Shown here: piece after piece, positions 1 through 9,191 of the stretch | How the letters are laid out: each line of letters starts with the position of its first letter | Position numbering within the stretch: position 1 is the first letter of the stretch | DNA from: Verrucomicrobiia bacterium | GTDB taxonomy: Bacteria > Verrucomicrobiota > Verrucomicrobiia > Limisphaerales > UBA1319 | Direction: 5' to 3' | NCBI GenBank assembly: GCA_963664225.1 | Contig: OY760937.1 | Coordinates: 608,001-672,000 of the forward strand | Length of the DNA stretch: 64,000 nt | Notes under the pieces: generated by a model | Told to the model about the DNA's origin: nothing | The model's input: the letters and a program-made list of their open reading frames with translations, nothing else | Databases searched by the model: none | Translations under genes and position numbers: made by a program

Positions 1-765
1 ATAAGCCAGCAGCACGTTGTCCGGATCATGCAGATTTCCGGGTAGGGCGGGGTGGCTGCCTTTATCGTCCTGTCCGTTGGTTGCAGGGGCCCCTGCGGGG
101 GCCAGACAATAGGTTTCTATGCCCCGGGCTCCCGTGGAAGACGGCGCCGAATTAAAATGCAGGCTGATAAAAAGATCGGCTCTCGCGCGTTGTGCGATGG
201 CTGGACGATCGTCCAATTCCACAAACCGATCCGAATCGCGAATGAGTTGGACATTGAAGCCCGCCCCGAGCAGTTTTTTGCGAACCTCTTTGGCCAGTTG
301 CAGGGTCAGATATTTTTCCTTCTGGATGCCATCCAGATTGCCCGGGTCTTTGCCACCATGGCCGGGGTCCAGGGCGATGGTCTTGATCCGGCGGGGTTTT
401 GCACCGCCGATTTTTTGGGTGAACAACAGCGGGGCCAGGGTGGTATTGATGTCCTGGCGCGCGACGAGCAGGCTGCCATTGCGCGCAATGGGCGAACGCG
501 CCAGCCAAACCTCAATCCCGTTTATCTCCATGCGGCGTGAATCGACCTTCAATGCCAGAGTGCAAGATCGGGTGGTAATTACAAAATCATCTCCAGACTT
601 CTGGGTCTTGGGATACACTGCGCGAATTCGCAACCATTCGGAGAGATTAACGTAGTCGGCGGCAAAGCCCGCAACGCTGGCCGCTGGGACGCGTGTGGCA
701 CGGGCATCAACGCTGTTCCCGAAGGCCAGGAACAACAACGAACAAACAAGCCAGTGCCAACTCAT
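1..765 (-). CDS. N-acetylmuramoyl-L-alanine amidase (Amidase_3 family), truncated by the window edge
   Basis: Absent from the ORF track. Manual minus-strand translation from ATG at 765 gives a signal peptide (MSWHWLVCSLLFLAFG), then IALDPGHGGKDPG...EKYLTLQLAKEV...DLFISLHFNS, the Amidase_3 Zn-ligand motifs. The frame continues toward the window start. Confidence 0.9.
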   Translation of the reverse strand, partial: MSWHWLVCSLLFLAFGNSVDARATRVPAASVAGFAADYVNLSEWLRIRAVYPKTQKSGDDFVITTRSCTLALKVDSRRMEINGIEVWLARSPIARNGSLLVARQDINTTLAPLLFTQKIGGAKPRRIKTIALDPGHGGKDPGNLDGIQKEKYLTLQLAKEVRKKLLGAGFNVQLIRDSDRFVELDDRPAIAQRARADLFISLHFNSAPSSTGARGIETYCLAPAGAPATNGQDDKGSHPALPGNLHDPDNVLLAY

Positions 766-954
766 GCCGTTTATTTTGCCTCGGATATTCTGTCCACACA
801 ACCTGAAATCCCCGACATTTGCGTACTTTATGGGTTGCATGCACCACTTAGGCGGACCTGCTCATGAAGATTGTGATTGCGCATAGCCGATTGCCGCTCC
901 CAAAGGCATGAAGTGGAGACTTGTAATCAGGAGCCGGTTTCTTATTCTGGTTTT

Positions 955-1650
955 GTGGACCTGGCTGTTCCTTATAACACTTTGAGCGCAAAAATCGCTT
1001 CGGCGTGTCAGCGCTGCGGTCGTGATCCTTCCACGGTCACCCTGCTGGCGGTGAGCAAGAACCATCCGCCCGAGGCGGTCCGGTCCGCCGCGGATTTGGG
1101 GGTGGCGTTTTTTGGGGAAAACCGCATTCAGGAGGCGAAGATCAAGATAGGGCAATGCCCCTCCCGGTTACACTGGCATTTCATTGGCCATCTGCAATCC
1201 AACAAATGCCGCGATGCGGTCCATTTTTTCGAGATGATCCAAAGCGTCGATACTTTGGGCCTCGCAGAGGAAATCGACAAATGGGCCGATAAATCGGGCA
1301 AAACGATGCCTATCCTGCTCGAAGTCAACATCGCTGGCGAGGCTTCCAAATACGGTTATCGGCCCGAGGCGCTGCTGGCTGATTTGTTAAAAATCAACGC
1401 CCTGCGCAAAATCGAAATTCACGGTTTGATGACGGTGGCCCCGTGGTCGCCGGAACAGGAAAAGGCGCGGTTGATTTTTCGAGCGCTGCGTGAGTTGAAA
1501 ATCCGTTGCGAGGAACTCCTGGGCGCCCCTCTGCCTCATTTGAGCATGGGGATGAGCGGTGACTTTGAAGTGGCCATCGAAGAAGGGGCCACCATGGTGC
1601 GTGTGGGGACGGCGCTGTTCGGGGAACGTCCAAAGTTGCGCAAGGAATAG
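955..1650 (+). CDS. yggS: PLP homeostasis protein, YggS family
   Basis: LLAVSK, FGENRIQE, WHFIGHLQSNK, LSMGMSGDFEVAIEEGATMVRVGTALFG motifs. GTG start at 955 is inferred; the ORF is open from 877. Confidence 0.95.
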   Translation: MDLAVPYNTLSAKIASACQRCGRDPSTVTLLAVSKNHPPEAVRSAADLGVAFFGENRIQEAKIKIGQCPSRLHWHFIGHLQSNKCRDAVHFFEMIQSVDTLGLAEEIDKWADKSGKTMPILLEVNIAGEASKYGYRPEALLADLLKINALRKIEIHGLMTVAPWSPEQEKARLIFRALRELKIRCEELLGAPLPHLSMGMSGDFEVAIEEGATMVRVGTALFGERPKLRKE

Positions 1651-1669
1651 TCGGTTTCTAATCGATATT

Positions 1670-1972
1670 ATGGAATTAACGGTGGACCAGTTCGAAAAGG
1701 AGATTACCGAGGCATTGCTCAATTATGAGCGTTTTATCGTTTGCCTGGATAAGACACCCGAGCAATGCAGGGAATCACTGGTGTCCCTGACGCAGAAGGC
1801 GATCAAGGCCTATGTGAACCGCAATCCAAATCTGCGCCATGGCATTGCCCTCGATAAGCAGAACACCGTGATCATCAGCCAGTCGGACACCGAACGCCCG
1901 CTGTGCGGCATTTATTTCAATCTCCATTCGCCCTATCGCTTGCCTGCCTCTAACGCAAAGAAAGATCAATGA
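1670..1972 (+). CDS. hypothetical protein (~100 aa)
   Basis: ATG 20 bp after the yggS stop; protein-like composition (MELTVDQFEKE...GIYFNLHSPY). Confidence 0.75.
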   Translation: MELTVDQFEKEITEALLNYERFIVCLDKTPEQCRESLVSLTQKAIKAYVNRNPNLRHGIALDKQNTVIISQSDTERPLCGIYFNLHSPYRLPASNAKKDQ

Positions 1973-1993
1973 CCACCGTTCTTTTTTGGTCTC

Positions 1994-2521
1994 TTAATCC
2001 CGGCGGGTTTCGTCCCCAATTCTAATCTCCCCTGTGGTGATATCCGCCGCCACATAACCGGTTTGGGGCTGGCCGGAAATTTTCACCTCTCCCACGCGAA
2101 CCCCCTTGCGAAACACTGACAACCGCTGGCCCATGGGCGGCATTTGGCTCAGGGAATAATCGAGGATCACGAAGCGGGCCTCAGGATTAACGAAGGCCAC
2201 CTTTCCAGCCCACGGATCGGAAAGCGTGATGACCCGGTTATCATTGGTCACACTGAAACGGGTGTCACCGGAAGACGCATTAGACGTCAGATTGGTGGAA
2301 ATCGAAAGATTCGTGTTGGAATGCGCCGCAGGCGTCGTCCCGCTCATGCGTTTGGAATTGGATTTATCGGTGATGGTCTTTGGATGGAATTCCATGTCGT
2401 TTCTGCTGGCGCAACCATTGGCCAGTAAAAGCATGGAGACTACGAGCCATAGGATCAGGAAAGGCCATGAATTTCCGGAAAATCCCGTCCGCTCGATTTT
2501 GTTATGCGTTGGCAAATACAT
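1994..2521 (-). CDS. putative lipoprotein
   Basis: Hydrophobic stretch followed by the lipobox LANGC, a S/T/N-rich linker and a beta-rich C-terminal domain. Start uncertain. Confidence 0.7.
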   Translation of the reverse strand: MYLPTHNKIERTGFSGNSWPFLILWLVVSMLLLANGCASRNDMEFHPKTITDKSNSKRMSGTTPAAHSNTNLSISTNLTSNASSGDTRFSVTNDNRVITLSDPWAGKVAFVNPEARFVILDYSLSQMPPMGQRLSVFRKGVRVGEVKISGQPQTGYVAADITTGEIRIGDETRRD

Positions 2522-2617
2522 TCGTGTTTTCTGGTGGCCCCCCAGAGATTGTGTAATGCAATCGAGGTTAATGGGTAGCACCAATCGGATCAATTCCAAA
2601 GACCGCATGCGATGCCG

Positions 2618-2965
2618 TCACTCAGTGGCTTTTTTTTCACCCTCAGCCAGCGTGACTTTCCAAGATTCAATCTTCGCCTTGGCCCGGTAGTGCTCGGCTT
2701 TGGCTTTGTCCCCGGCCTTCATGTAGAACACGGAAAGGTTGGTGAAGACCATGGGATCCTCAGGCCGGATCAATTCGGCCTTGTGCCCCTCAGCGATGGC
2801 GTTGGGCCAATCACCCAACCGACTGTAGGTCATGCTCAGGGCAAGCCGGGCGTCGAACCATTCCGGTTCCGAAGCCAATACCGTCTGCAACTTCTGGATG
2901 GCTGCGGAATAATCACCCACCGTGAAATCCGCCATGGCGTCGTTATAATCGTCCTGGGCTGTCAT
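2618..2965 (-). CDS. tetratricopeptide repeat protein
   Basis: TPR pattern (GDYSAAIQKLQTVLASEPEWFDARLALSMTYSRLGDWPNAI...PEDPMVFTNLS). Confidence 0.85.
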   Translation of the reverse strand: MTAQDDYNDAMADFTVGDYSAAIQKLQTVLASEPEWFDARLALSMTYSRLGDWPNAIAEGHKAELIRPEDPMVFTNLSVFYMKAGDKAKAEHYRAKAKIESWKVTLAEGEKKATE

Positions 2966-3016
2966 ATTATTTTGACTTTTTACGTTAGCGCATGGATGTA
3001 CTCCTGCGCAAGAGAC

Positions 3017-3817
3017 ATGATGGAACTGCCTTTTAAAATTATTTGCACGGATTTCGACGGTACCCTCCACGCACCGGGGAGCATGCCGGCGGTGCCCTAT
3101 GAATTACAGGAAATGATTGGGGATTTGCAGACCCGGGGCATGCGCTGGATTGTGAATACCGGGCGGGATTTGCCGGGACTGCTGGCGATCATGGAGGAGG
3201 CGGGCCTCTCGATCCGGCCCGATTACCTCGTGGTCGTGGAGCGGGAGATTCACACTTTTACAGACCGCAAATATGTTCCCTGGACGCAATGGAACGAGCA
3301 GTGCCATCTGGAACAGCAGCAATTGTTTAGCCGCATCCATCAGCGTTTGCCTGAATTGGTGAGTTGGATTCACCAGCGCTACCATGCGTATGTGTATCAG
3401 GACGATTATTCGCCATTTTGCCTGGCGGCGGCCACAAATGCCGATACGGATGCCATTTTGGCGCATCTGATCGGGCTGTTTCAGGATGAACCGGAGTTAA
3501 CGGTCGTGCGCAACGATGTTTACGCCCGATTCAGTCATATCGCTTACAACAAGGGAACCGCTCTGGCCGCGATTGCGCGTAAATTGGAGTTGGGCACGGA
3601 CGACGTGTTTGCCGCTGGAGACCATTATAACGACCTGGCGATGCTATCACGCAAATATGCGAAGTGGCTCGTGGCACCCGCCAACGCGATTGCGGAGGTC
3701 AAATCCGCCGTTTCCAGCCAGGAGGGCTACGTCAGCGAACAATCCTGCGGCCATGGTGTGGCCGATGGATTGCGGCATTTCTTGAATGGCCAGTGGAAGA
3801 ACCGGCAGGGGAACTAG
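3017..3817 (+). CDS. HAD-superfamily (Cof-like/IIB) hydrolase
   Basis: Motif I DFDGTL, NTGR, KGTAL and GDHYNDLAML. Confidence 0.9.
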   Translation: MMELPFKIICTDFDGTLHAPGSMPAVPYELQEMIGDLQTRGMRWIVNTGRDLPGLLAIMEEAGLSIRPDYLVVVEREIHTFTDRKYVPWTQWNEQCHLEQQQLFSRIHQRLPELVSWIHQRYHAYVYQDDYSPFCLAAATNADTDAILAHLIGLFQDEPELTVVRNDVYARFSHIAYNKGTALAAIARKLELGTDDVFAAGDHYNDLAMLSRKYAKWLVAPANAIAEVKSAVSSQEGYVSEQSCGHGVADGLRHFLNGQWKNRQGN

Positions 3818-3823
3818 CGATTT

Positions 3824-4306
3824 TCAGGGTTTTTCCAGCGAAAGCGCCACAATCCAGATCTCGTCGTTCTTCTTCTTGATATCCCCCGCGATGATGAGGT
3901 ATTCGCCCAAGGGCAAGGGGTGACGGATGGTTTGGACGAGCTTGCCTTCACCGTAGAGTTTGACCTCAAAATGGCAATCGCCAAGGTGTTTGACCTCGAT
4001 GACGCAGTTATGACTCAGACTGGTAATGTTGGAACCGAGCTTGGCCAGATTGAAGGACTGTTTGTCCATCTCGAAGAAGTTCTTCCACTTGAACAAGTTA
4101 AGCTTGTTGAGTTTTTCGAGAAGTTTGACATCGACGTCCTTGACCGATTTGTCATCGGCGGGCTTTTGCTGATCGGTGCACCAAATCAACTGGGCCTTCA
4201 TCTTTTGATTGGCGGGTTCGGTCTCGCCCAACGCGGTCGCGACACCACCCAGGCACAGGACAAAGAGCAGTCCCCCCAGCCAGATTTGTGTTCCGATGTT
4301 CCTCAT
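3824..4306 (-). CDS. secreted hypothetical protein, last gene of the hisB-ECF operon
   Basis: N-terminal signal peptide; co-oriented 32 bp downstream of the anti-sigma gene. Confidence 0.75.
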   Translation of the reverse strand: MRNIGTQIWLGGLLFVLCLGGVATALGETEPANQKMKAQLIWCTDQQKPADDKSVKDVDVKLLEKLNKLNLFKWKNFFEMDKQSFNLAKLGSNITSLSHNCVIEVKHLGDCHFEVKLYGEGKLVQTIRHPLPLGEYLIIAGDIKKKNDEIWIVALSLEKP

Positions 4307-4338
4307 TGATAGCCGTTATATTTCAAGCCCGCTTCAGA

Positions 4339-4800
4339 TTAGTCGTTTGTTCCAATCCAGACAACGGAAATTCCTTCATTGTCCGAACGAAATGTCATGA
4401 CGTTGGCATCCGGGATCTCCGTCTGAATCTCCATGCCATTCAGCGACACCATGGTGCTGGTCATCGGATGCTGCAGGGCGATCATCAGCGCGAAAAGTGC
4501 CATCGCGCTTGCCGGTACGAGCAATTTCCACCATCGGGAGAACCACGGCTGCGGTGTCCGAGCGCGGGCCGGAGGGACGGCGATCTGCCGTTGGATCTGG
4601 GACCAATAGAAGTCCGGCGCGCAGGGAAAGGGCGTAACGGGCTCATTCCCGTGAAGCAGGGTTTTGGTATTGGCCAATTCCTCATACAAGGCTTTGGCTT
4701 CCGGGTCTTTGGACAACCAGTCCTTGACCTCGCGCGACTCCCGTTCCGGCAATTCGCCATCCAGGTAGGCCTGCATCTTTATTAAATTTGGCTCGATCAT
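4339..4800 (-). CDS. putative membrane anti-sigma factor
   Basis: AYLDGEL motif and one TM helix; ATGA overlap with the ECF sigma stop. Confidence 0.85.
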   Translation of the reverse strand: MIEPNLIKMQAYLDGELPERESREVKDWLSKDPEAKALYEELANTKTLLHGNEPVTPFPCAPDFYWSQIQRQIAVPPARARTPQPWFSRWWKLLVPASAMALFALMIALQHPMTSTMVSLNGMEIQTEIPDANVMTFRSDNEGISVVWIGTND

Positions 4801-5399
4801 AATGGTTCCTCTTTTCTGAGCCCTGCCAAAAGGGATGCCATGCGCCGCCGCGCGTAGAAAAGGCGCGACATCACGGTGCCGATGGAGCATCCCATTGTTT
4901 TGGCTATTTCTTTGTATTCCATTTCTTCAAATTCATGCAGCACCAGCACCGTGCGGTGCTCTTCAGAGAGCTGATCCAGCGCCCGATTGATCCGCATCCT
5001 TAACTCCTGCCGTTCCAACTTCTCCGTCGGATTGGGCGTAATCACGGGCAACTGCCTCTCCACGCCGCCGGTCTCCTCGTCCATCTGCTCGATGGAATCG
5101 GTCTTTTGCCGCTTTTGCTTTCGTAAATGATCCAGGCACAGGTTGATCACAATACGCGTTATCCACGTTACGAAGCTCGAGTCGCCCTGGAATTGGTTGA
5201 GCCGCTGCCAGGCTTTCACCCAGGCTTCCTGCGAAAGATCCACCGCTTCATCCTCATTGCGAAGCATGCTGAAGGCCCGCGCGAAGATCTTCTCGCGGTG
5301 GCGCTTCACCAGCTCTTCAAAGGCGTTCATATCGCCCTGATGAGCCGCCCGCACCAGTGATTCATCACTTGCGGATGAGTTTGTATTTTCCTTCGCCAT
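4797..5399 (-). CDS. ECF RNA polymerase sigma-70 factor (RpoE-like)
   Basis: Region 2 (AFEELVKRH...DLSQEAWVKAW...FVTWITRIVIN) and region 4 (YKEIAKTMGCSIGTVMSRLFYAR). Confidence 0.95.
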   Translation of the reverse strand: MAKENTNSSASDESLVRAAHQGDMNAFEELVKRHREKIFARAFSMLRNEDEAVDLSQEAWVKAWQRLNQFQGDSSFVTWITRIVINLCLDHLRKQKRQKTDSIEQMDEETGGVERQLPVITPNPTEKLERQELRMRINRALDQLSEEHRTVLVLHEFEEMEYKEIAKTMGCSIGTVMSRLFYARRRMASLLAGLRKEEPL

Positions 5400-5438
5400 G
5401 ATTTTGACGGTGATCCCTTGTGCGCTATTCACCTGGGA

Positions 5439-6101
5439 TCATAGTTTTCCTTTGGTGCTGGGCACCTGGCCTGAAATCCGGGGATCCCTCTGTCGCGCCA
5501 TATCCACGGCTTTGGCGAAGGACTTAAAGACGGCTTCCACAATATGGTGCGGCTCATCGCCATAGAGCAATTCCATATGCAGATTGCAACGGGCTTCGTT
5601 GGCAAAAGCCTGAAAGAATTCACGCGCCAATCCAAAGCGGAACGCCGAGGACATGTCCTGGGAACGTTCCTTCTCGGTGACGTTCTTGTAGGCCCAGTGG
5701 CTCATCCCGCGCCAGACCAGGTGGGAGCGGCCGCTAAAGTCGATCACGCACCGGACCAGGGATTCATCCATCGGTACGTAAGCCTCTGCGCAGAAAGGGT
5801 TTTTGGGGTCGAACCCGAATCCATAGCGGCGGATGCCCCGTTTATCGCCAAGCGCCTCCGCCATGGCCTGGCCGAGGGCGATACCGCAATCTTCAACTGT
5901 ATGATGCGCATCGACTTCCAGATCGCCGTCGCACTGCAGGTTCAAATCCACGACCGCGTGCTTGGCAAAAAGGGTCAGCATGTGGTCAAAAAACGGGATT
6001 CCCGTCCGGATGCTGGCTTTTCCCTGGCCGTCCAGATTCAGTTTCACCGCTATGCGGGTCTCCTGGGTTTCGCGTTTGACTGCTGCCTGACGTGTTACCA
6101 T
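5439..6101 (-). CDS. hisB: imidazoleglycerol-phosphate dehydratase
   Basis: RETQETRI, TGIPFFDHML, DAHHTVEDCGI, PMDESL, HHIVEAVFKSF and C-terminal PSTKGKL. Confidence 0.97.
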   Translation of the reverse strand: MVTRQAAVKRETQETRIAVKLNLDGQGKASIRTGIPFFDHMLTLFAKHAVVDLNLQCDGDLEVDAHHTVEDCGIALGQAMAEALGDKRGIRRYGFGFDPKNPFCAEAYVPMDESLVRCVIDFSGRSHLVWRGMSHWAYKNVTEKERSQDMSSAFRFGLAREFFQAFANEARCNLHMELLYGDEPHHIVEAVFKSFAKAVDMARQRDPRISGQVPSTKGKL

Positions 6102-6365
6102 GTCATTATGTGTAACTTAAGCGCGCCCAAAATGGAATGCCAAATTGCAGAGGGTAACTGGCGCTGGACAGGTTTCGCTGGAATGCATGGTTTGATGGGG
6201 AGGTCGACCCCGGTCAGGACCGTTTCAAATGATCCACCCCGAATGGAGTGGATATTTGCGTTCAACCGGTTGACCACGGGTTGACTGCTGGTCAACCGGA
6301 TTGAACGGGGTTGATTTCTGAAACCGTCTTTTAGGCAACTTGCCGACCCTGGCGAAGAATCATCA

Positions 6366-6740
6366 AGATGGATGGATAAGATGGGCAGGATTTTTAACCA
6401 CGGATATGACGGATGGCACGGATAGGGATAAGCAGGGGACATCCGCAGAGGGACGTAGATGGGATGGGGAGAACCGCTAATGGGGACATAATGAAAACAT
6501 ACATGGATGGACAGGATGACAGGATGGGGAGTGGATAAGGAGGGGAGAACCGCTAATTGGCACTGATCATCGCTAATACGGATGGGAATACAGGAACTTC
6601 AGCGCTTCGGTGTCAAGGAGCGAAAAAGATGTCATTGAGACGCAAAATGAAAACATACATTGATGGACAGGATGGGGGCTGGATAATTGATAAATTATAA
6701 TGGACAATGCGAGGAAAATGTGTCATTGAAACACATTGCC
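6366..6740. repeat. intergenic mosaic of short (7-9 nt) imperfect tandem repeats
   Basis: ACGGAT triad, GGATGGACAGGATG, GGGGAGAACCGCTAAT twice, AATGAAAACATACAT twice, GGATAATTGATAA. Confidence 0.7.
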
Positions 6741-6937
6741 GCGCTGATGGTCCGGTCTTGAAATAGGTTGTCTCAATTGAGACAATAAAACGGCGACCGA
6801 AGGGTTGGAATAAGGTGCAGTGAGTCGTTTAAAATGGTCGTGTTCAGGGAGTTGGAAGAGGGCGAAATGTCCTTTGAGGCGATGCGGGCAGCGTGGTTTT
6901 CGCGGTCGGATTCTGGTTGAGTGGAGGGAAAGGAGAG

Positions 6938-6975
6938 CCTCACCCCGGCCCTCTCCATCTGGCGACGGAGAGGGA
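6938..6975 (+). repeat. REP-like palindrome (CCTCACCCCGGCCCTCTCC...GGAGAGGG family)
   Basis: Stem CCCTCTCC/GGAGAGGG; related copies at 10795, 22764 and 47212. Confidence 0.75.
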
Positions 6976-7213
6976 GGAGTATTGGACGGTTCTTGAACGA
7001 TCGGGTGGTTTGGGAAGTGGCCGCCGCGTGGGATTTGCGCACGGGGGAATGAACCGCGTTCGACGAAACGCGAATGCTGCGATGGGTGAAATTGTCAAGG
7101 AAAAGTGTAATATGATGGTTTGACCTGCCCGATTTTTCTTCGGAGGAATTTGGTCTTGCAGGTGAATGGAATAATTATATTGCAGATGTGGCAGAACGGT
7201 GTAAAAGCCATTA

Positions 7214-8773
7214 ATGAGGAAAAAGGAACGGAACATCATTGGAAACGTGTCGCGGTGGCTTGCCATCCCCATATTCCTTATTCTTTCAGGCCTGTTCACC
7301 GTGGGGAGGGCTGAAATATATGGCAATTTCACTTACTCCACAGACGGGGCATCCGTTACGATAACCAAATACACCGGTTCTGAAGCCAGCGTTACCATTC
7401 CAGATTTCATCAGAGGCACAACAGTCAGCAACATCAGCAATTCTGCGTTCAAAGAATGCACCAGCTTGACGAATGTAATAATCGGCACCTACGTAGCCAG
7501 CATTGGAGATTGGGCGTTCGCTGGCTGTACTGGCCTAAAGAAAGTCGTGATTCCCGATGGTGTCACCAGTATCGGGGAGCAGGCGTTCCATAACTGCACT
7601 GGTCTGACGAGTGTGACATTCGGCAAAAGCGTCGGCAACTTTGGGATCGGGGCCTTCTCAAGTTGCAATGGTCTGACGAACATAACGATCCCTGATAACG
7701 TCACAAACCTTGGATTTCAAGTATTCGCTGGATGTTCAAGTCTGAGGATTGTGGTAATCGGTAACGGCGTCACCAAGATTGGGGATGGCGCGTTCGCTGG
7801 CTGTCCTAGCCTAAAGAATGTCACGATCCCCAACAGTGTCACTAATATTGGGAATGGGACTTTCGCAAATTGCACCAGCCTACAGAATATCACAATTCCC
7901 AACAGTGTTGCCATCATTGGTCCAAGTGCATTCGAATTCTGTAGAAACCTCACGAATGCCACACTTCCCAGTAGCATCACAAGCATTGGGAGCTACGCGT
8001 TTCGCAGTTGCACGAGTCTGACTTCTGTCACACTCCCAAACAGCGTTACGAATATGGGGGACTGGACATTCTCCGGTTGTTCTAGCTTGCAGAACGTGGT
8101 AGTCGGCAATGGCATCACCAAGATTTGGGACTGGACGTTCGCTTATTGTTCGGCCCTGACGAGTGTCACATTTGGAAATAGCGTCACAATCATTGAAGGA
8201 TATGATGTTTTCTATGAGTGTTCAAAATTGAGAATGGTATATTTTGCAGGTGACATCCCAACGTTCTTTCCTGCCGGTCTGTTTTATTCCGCCAAAGATG
8301 TGACTGTGCGCTATCGCGCCGAAACCACAGGCTGGGGACCTACATTTGGCGGCCGTCCGACTGCCCTATGGATTCAACAGCCCCCTTATCAGGAATGGGC
8401 AACGTCGGTGGGTTTGCGCGATAAATTCCCTGCCGCAAGCGGAGATATGGATGATCCCGATCAGGACGGCCTGAATAACCTCCAGGAATGGCAGGCAGGC
8501 ACGGACCCAACCAATCCGAATTCGGCGCTGAAATATGAATTTAAACCACGCCTTGCCGACTTGGAGGATGGGGATAAAACGCCATTAAACCCGGGAGAAT
8601 TCGCCCTCTATTTGCAGACCATGCCGTATCGGCAATATGACATTCAGAGTGCCACCTCGATCGGCGGAACCTGGCAGACGGAAGTCACCGTTTCCACCAC
8701 TACCACCCAAAAACGGATTTTGGTCTATAAGGGCCTCGACAAGGTCTTATACCGCGCGGTCCTGGTGCCTTAA
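7214..8773 (+). CDS. BspA-type leucine-rich repeat (LRR_5) surface protein
   Basis: Signal peptide, about 12 repeats of 23 aa (IPNSVTNIGxxAFxxCxSLxxVT), DPDQDGLNNLQEWQAGTDP Ca-binding-like motif and a C-terminal beta domain. Confidence 0.95.
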   Translation: MRKKERNIIGNVSRWLAIPIFLILSGLFTVGRAEIYGNFTYSTDGASVTITKYTGSEASVTIPDFIRGTTVSNISNSAFKECTSLTNVIIGTYVASIGDWAFAGCTGLKKVVIPDGVTSIGEQAFHNCTGLTSVTFGKSVGNFGIGAFSSCNGLTNITIPDNVTNLGFQVFAGCSSLRIVVIGNGVTKIGDGAFAGCPSLKNVTIPNSVTNIGNGTFANCTSLQNITIPNSVAIIGPSAFEFCRNLTNATLPSSITSIGSYAFRSCTSLTSVTLPNSVTNMGDWTFSGCSSLQNVVVGNGITKIWDWTFAYCSALTSVTFGNSVTIIEGYDVFYECSKLRMVYFAGDIPTFFPAGLFYSAKDVTVRYRAETTGWGPTFGGRPTALWIQQPPYQEWATSVGLRDKFPAASGDMDDPDQDGLNNLQEWQAGTDPTNPNSALKYEFKPRLADLEDGDKTPLNPGEFALYLQTMPYRQYDIQSATSIGGTWQTEVTVSTTTTQKRILVYKGLDKVLYRAVLVP

Positions 8774-9191
8774 AGCCGGCATTTGTTCGATCCCAAATAT
8801 TAAGGGGTCCACCCATAGGTTGGTTCGGTTATGGACTCACACGAATGAAAAGGGTGGGCGAATGGGGCCTTGTATGGAGCCCTGAATCCTGATTGTTCCA
8901 ACCAAGTCAGACTAGTTTTTGAAATGACTCAGTCCTCTCACGATATGGTCGCACCGAGACACGGAGAACGCTGCAAAGGGGCGCGCCGGGAGTGAATCGG
9001 AATTATTAATGACGAAAACTCAGGATGGAGTCAGAACCTGCAAAGGCGTTATCAAACCACAAAAAAACCATAAAAGAACAAGTTCTTTTTAATTAATATT
9101 GATGTAAACACAATATAACAATACACTTTATTAAAGTGTATGCATGTTCGAGCGCTCAGAATCTGCAGTCAAAAAGTATTCAACAACAGAT

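Noticed and set aside
52..655. Plus-strand ORFs at the window start
   Set aside because: Shadows of the minus-strand amidase, which carries clear catalytic motifs.
2612..3016. N-terminal extension of the HAD hydrolase ORF
   Set aside because: It overlaps the TPR gene on the opposite strand; HAD motif I begins just after the ATG at 3017.
6095..6442. Histidine attenuator leader peptide upstream of hisB
   Set aside because: No run of His codons; the ORF derives from micro-repeats.
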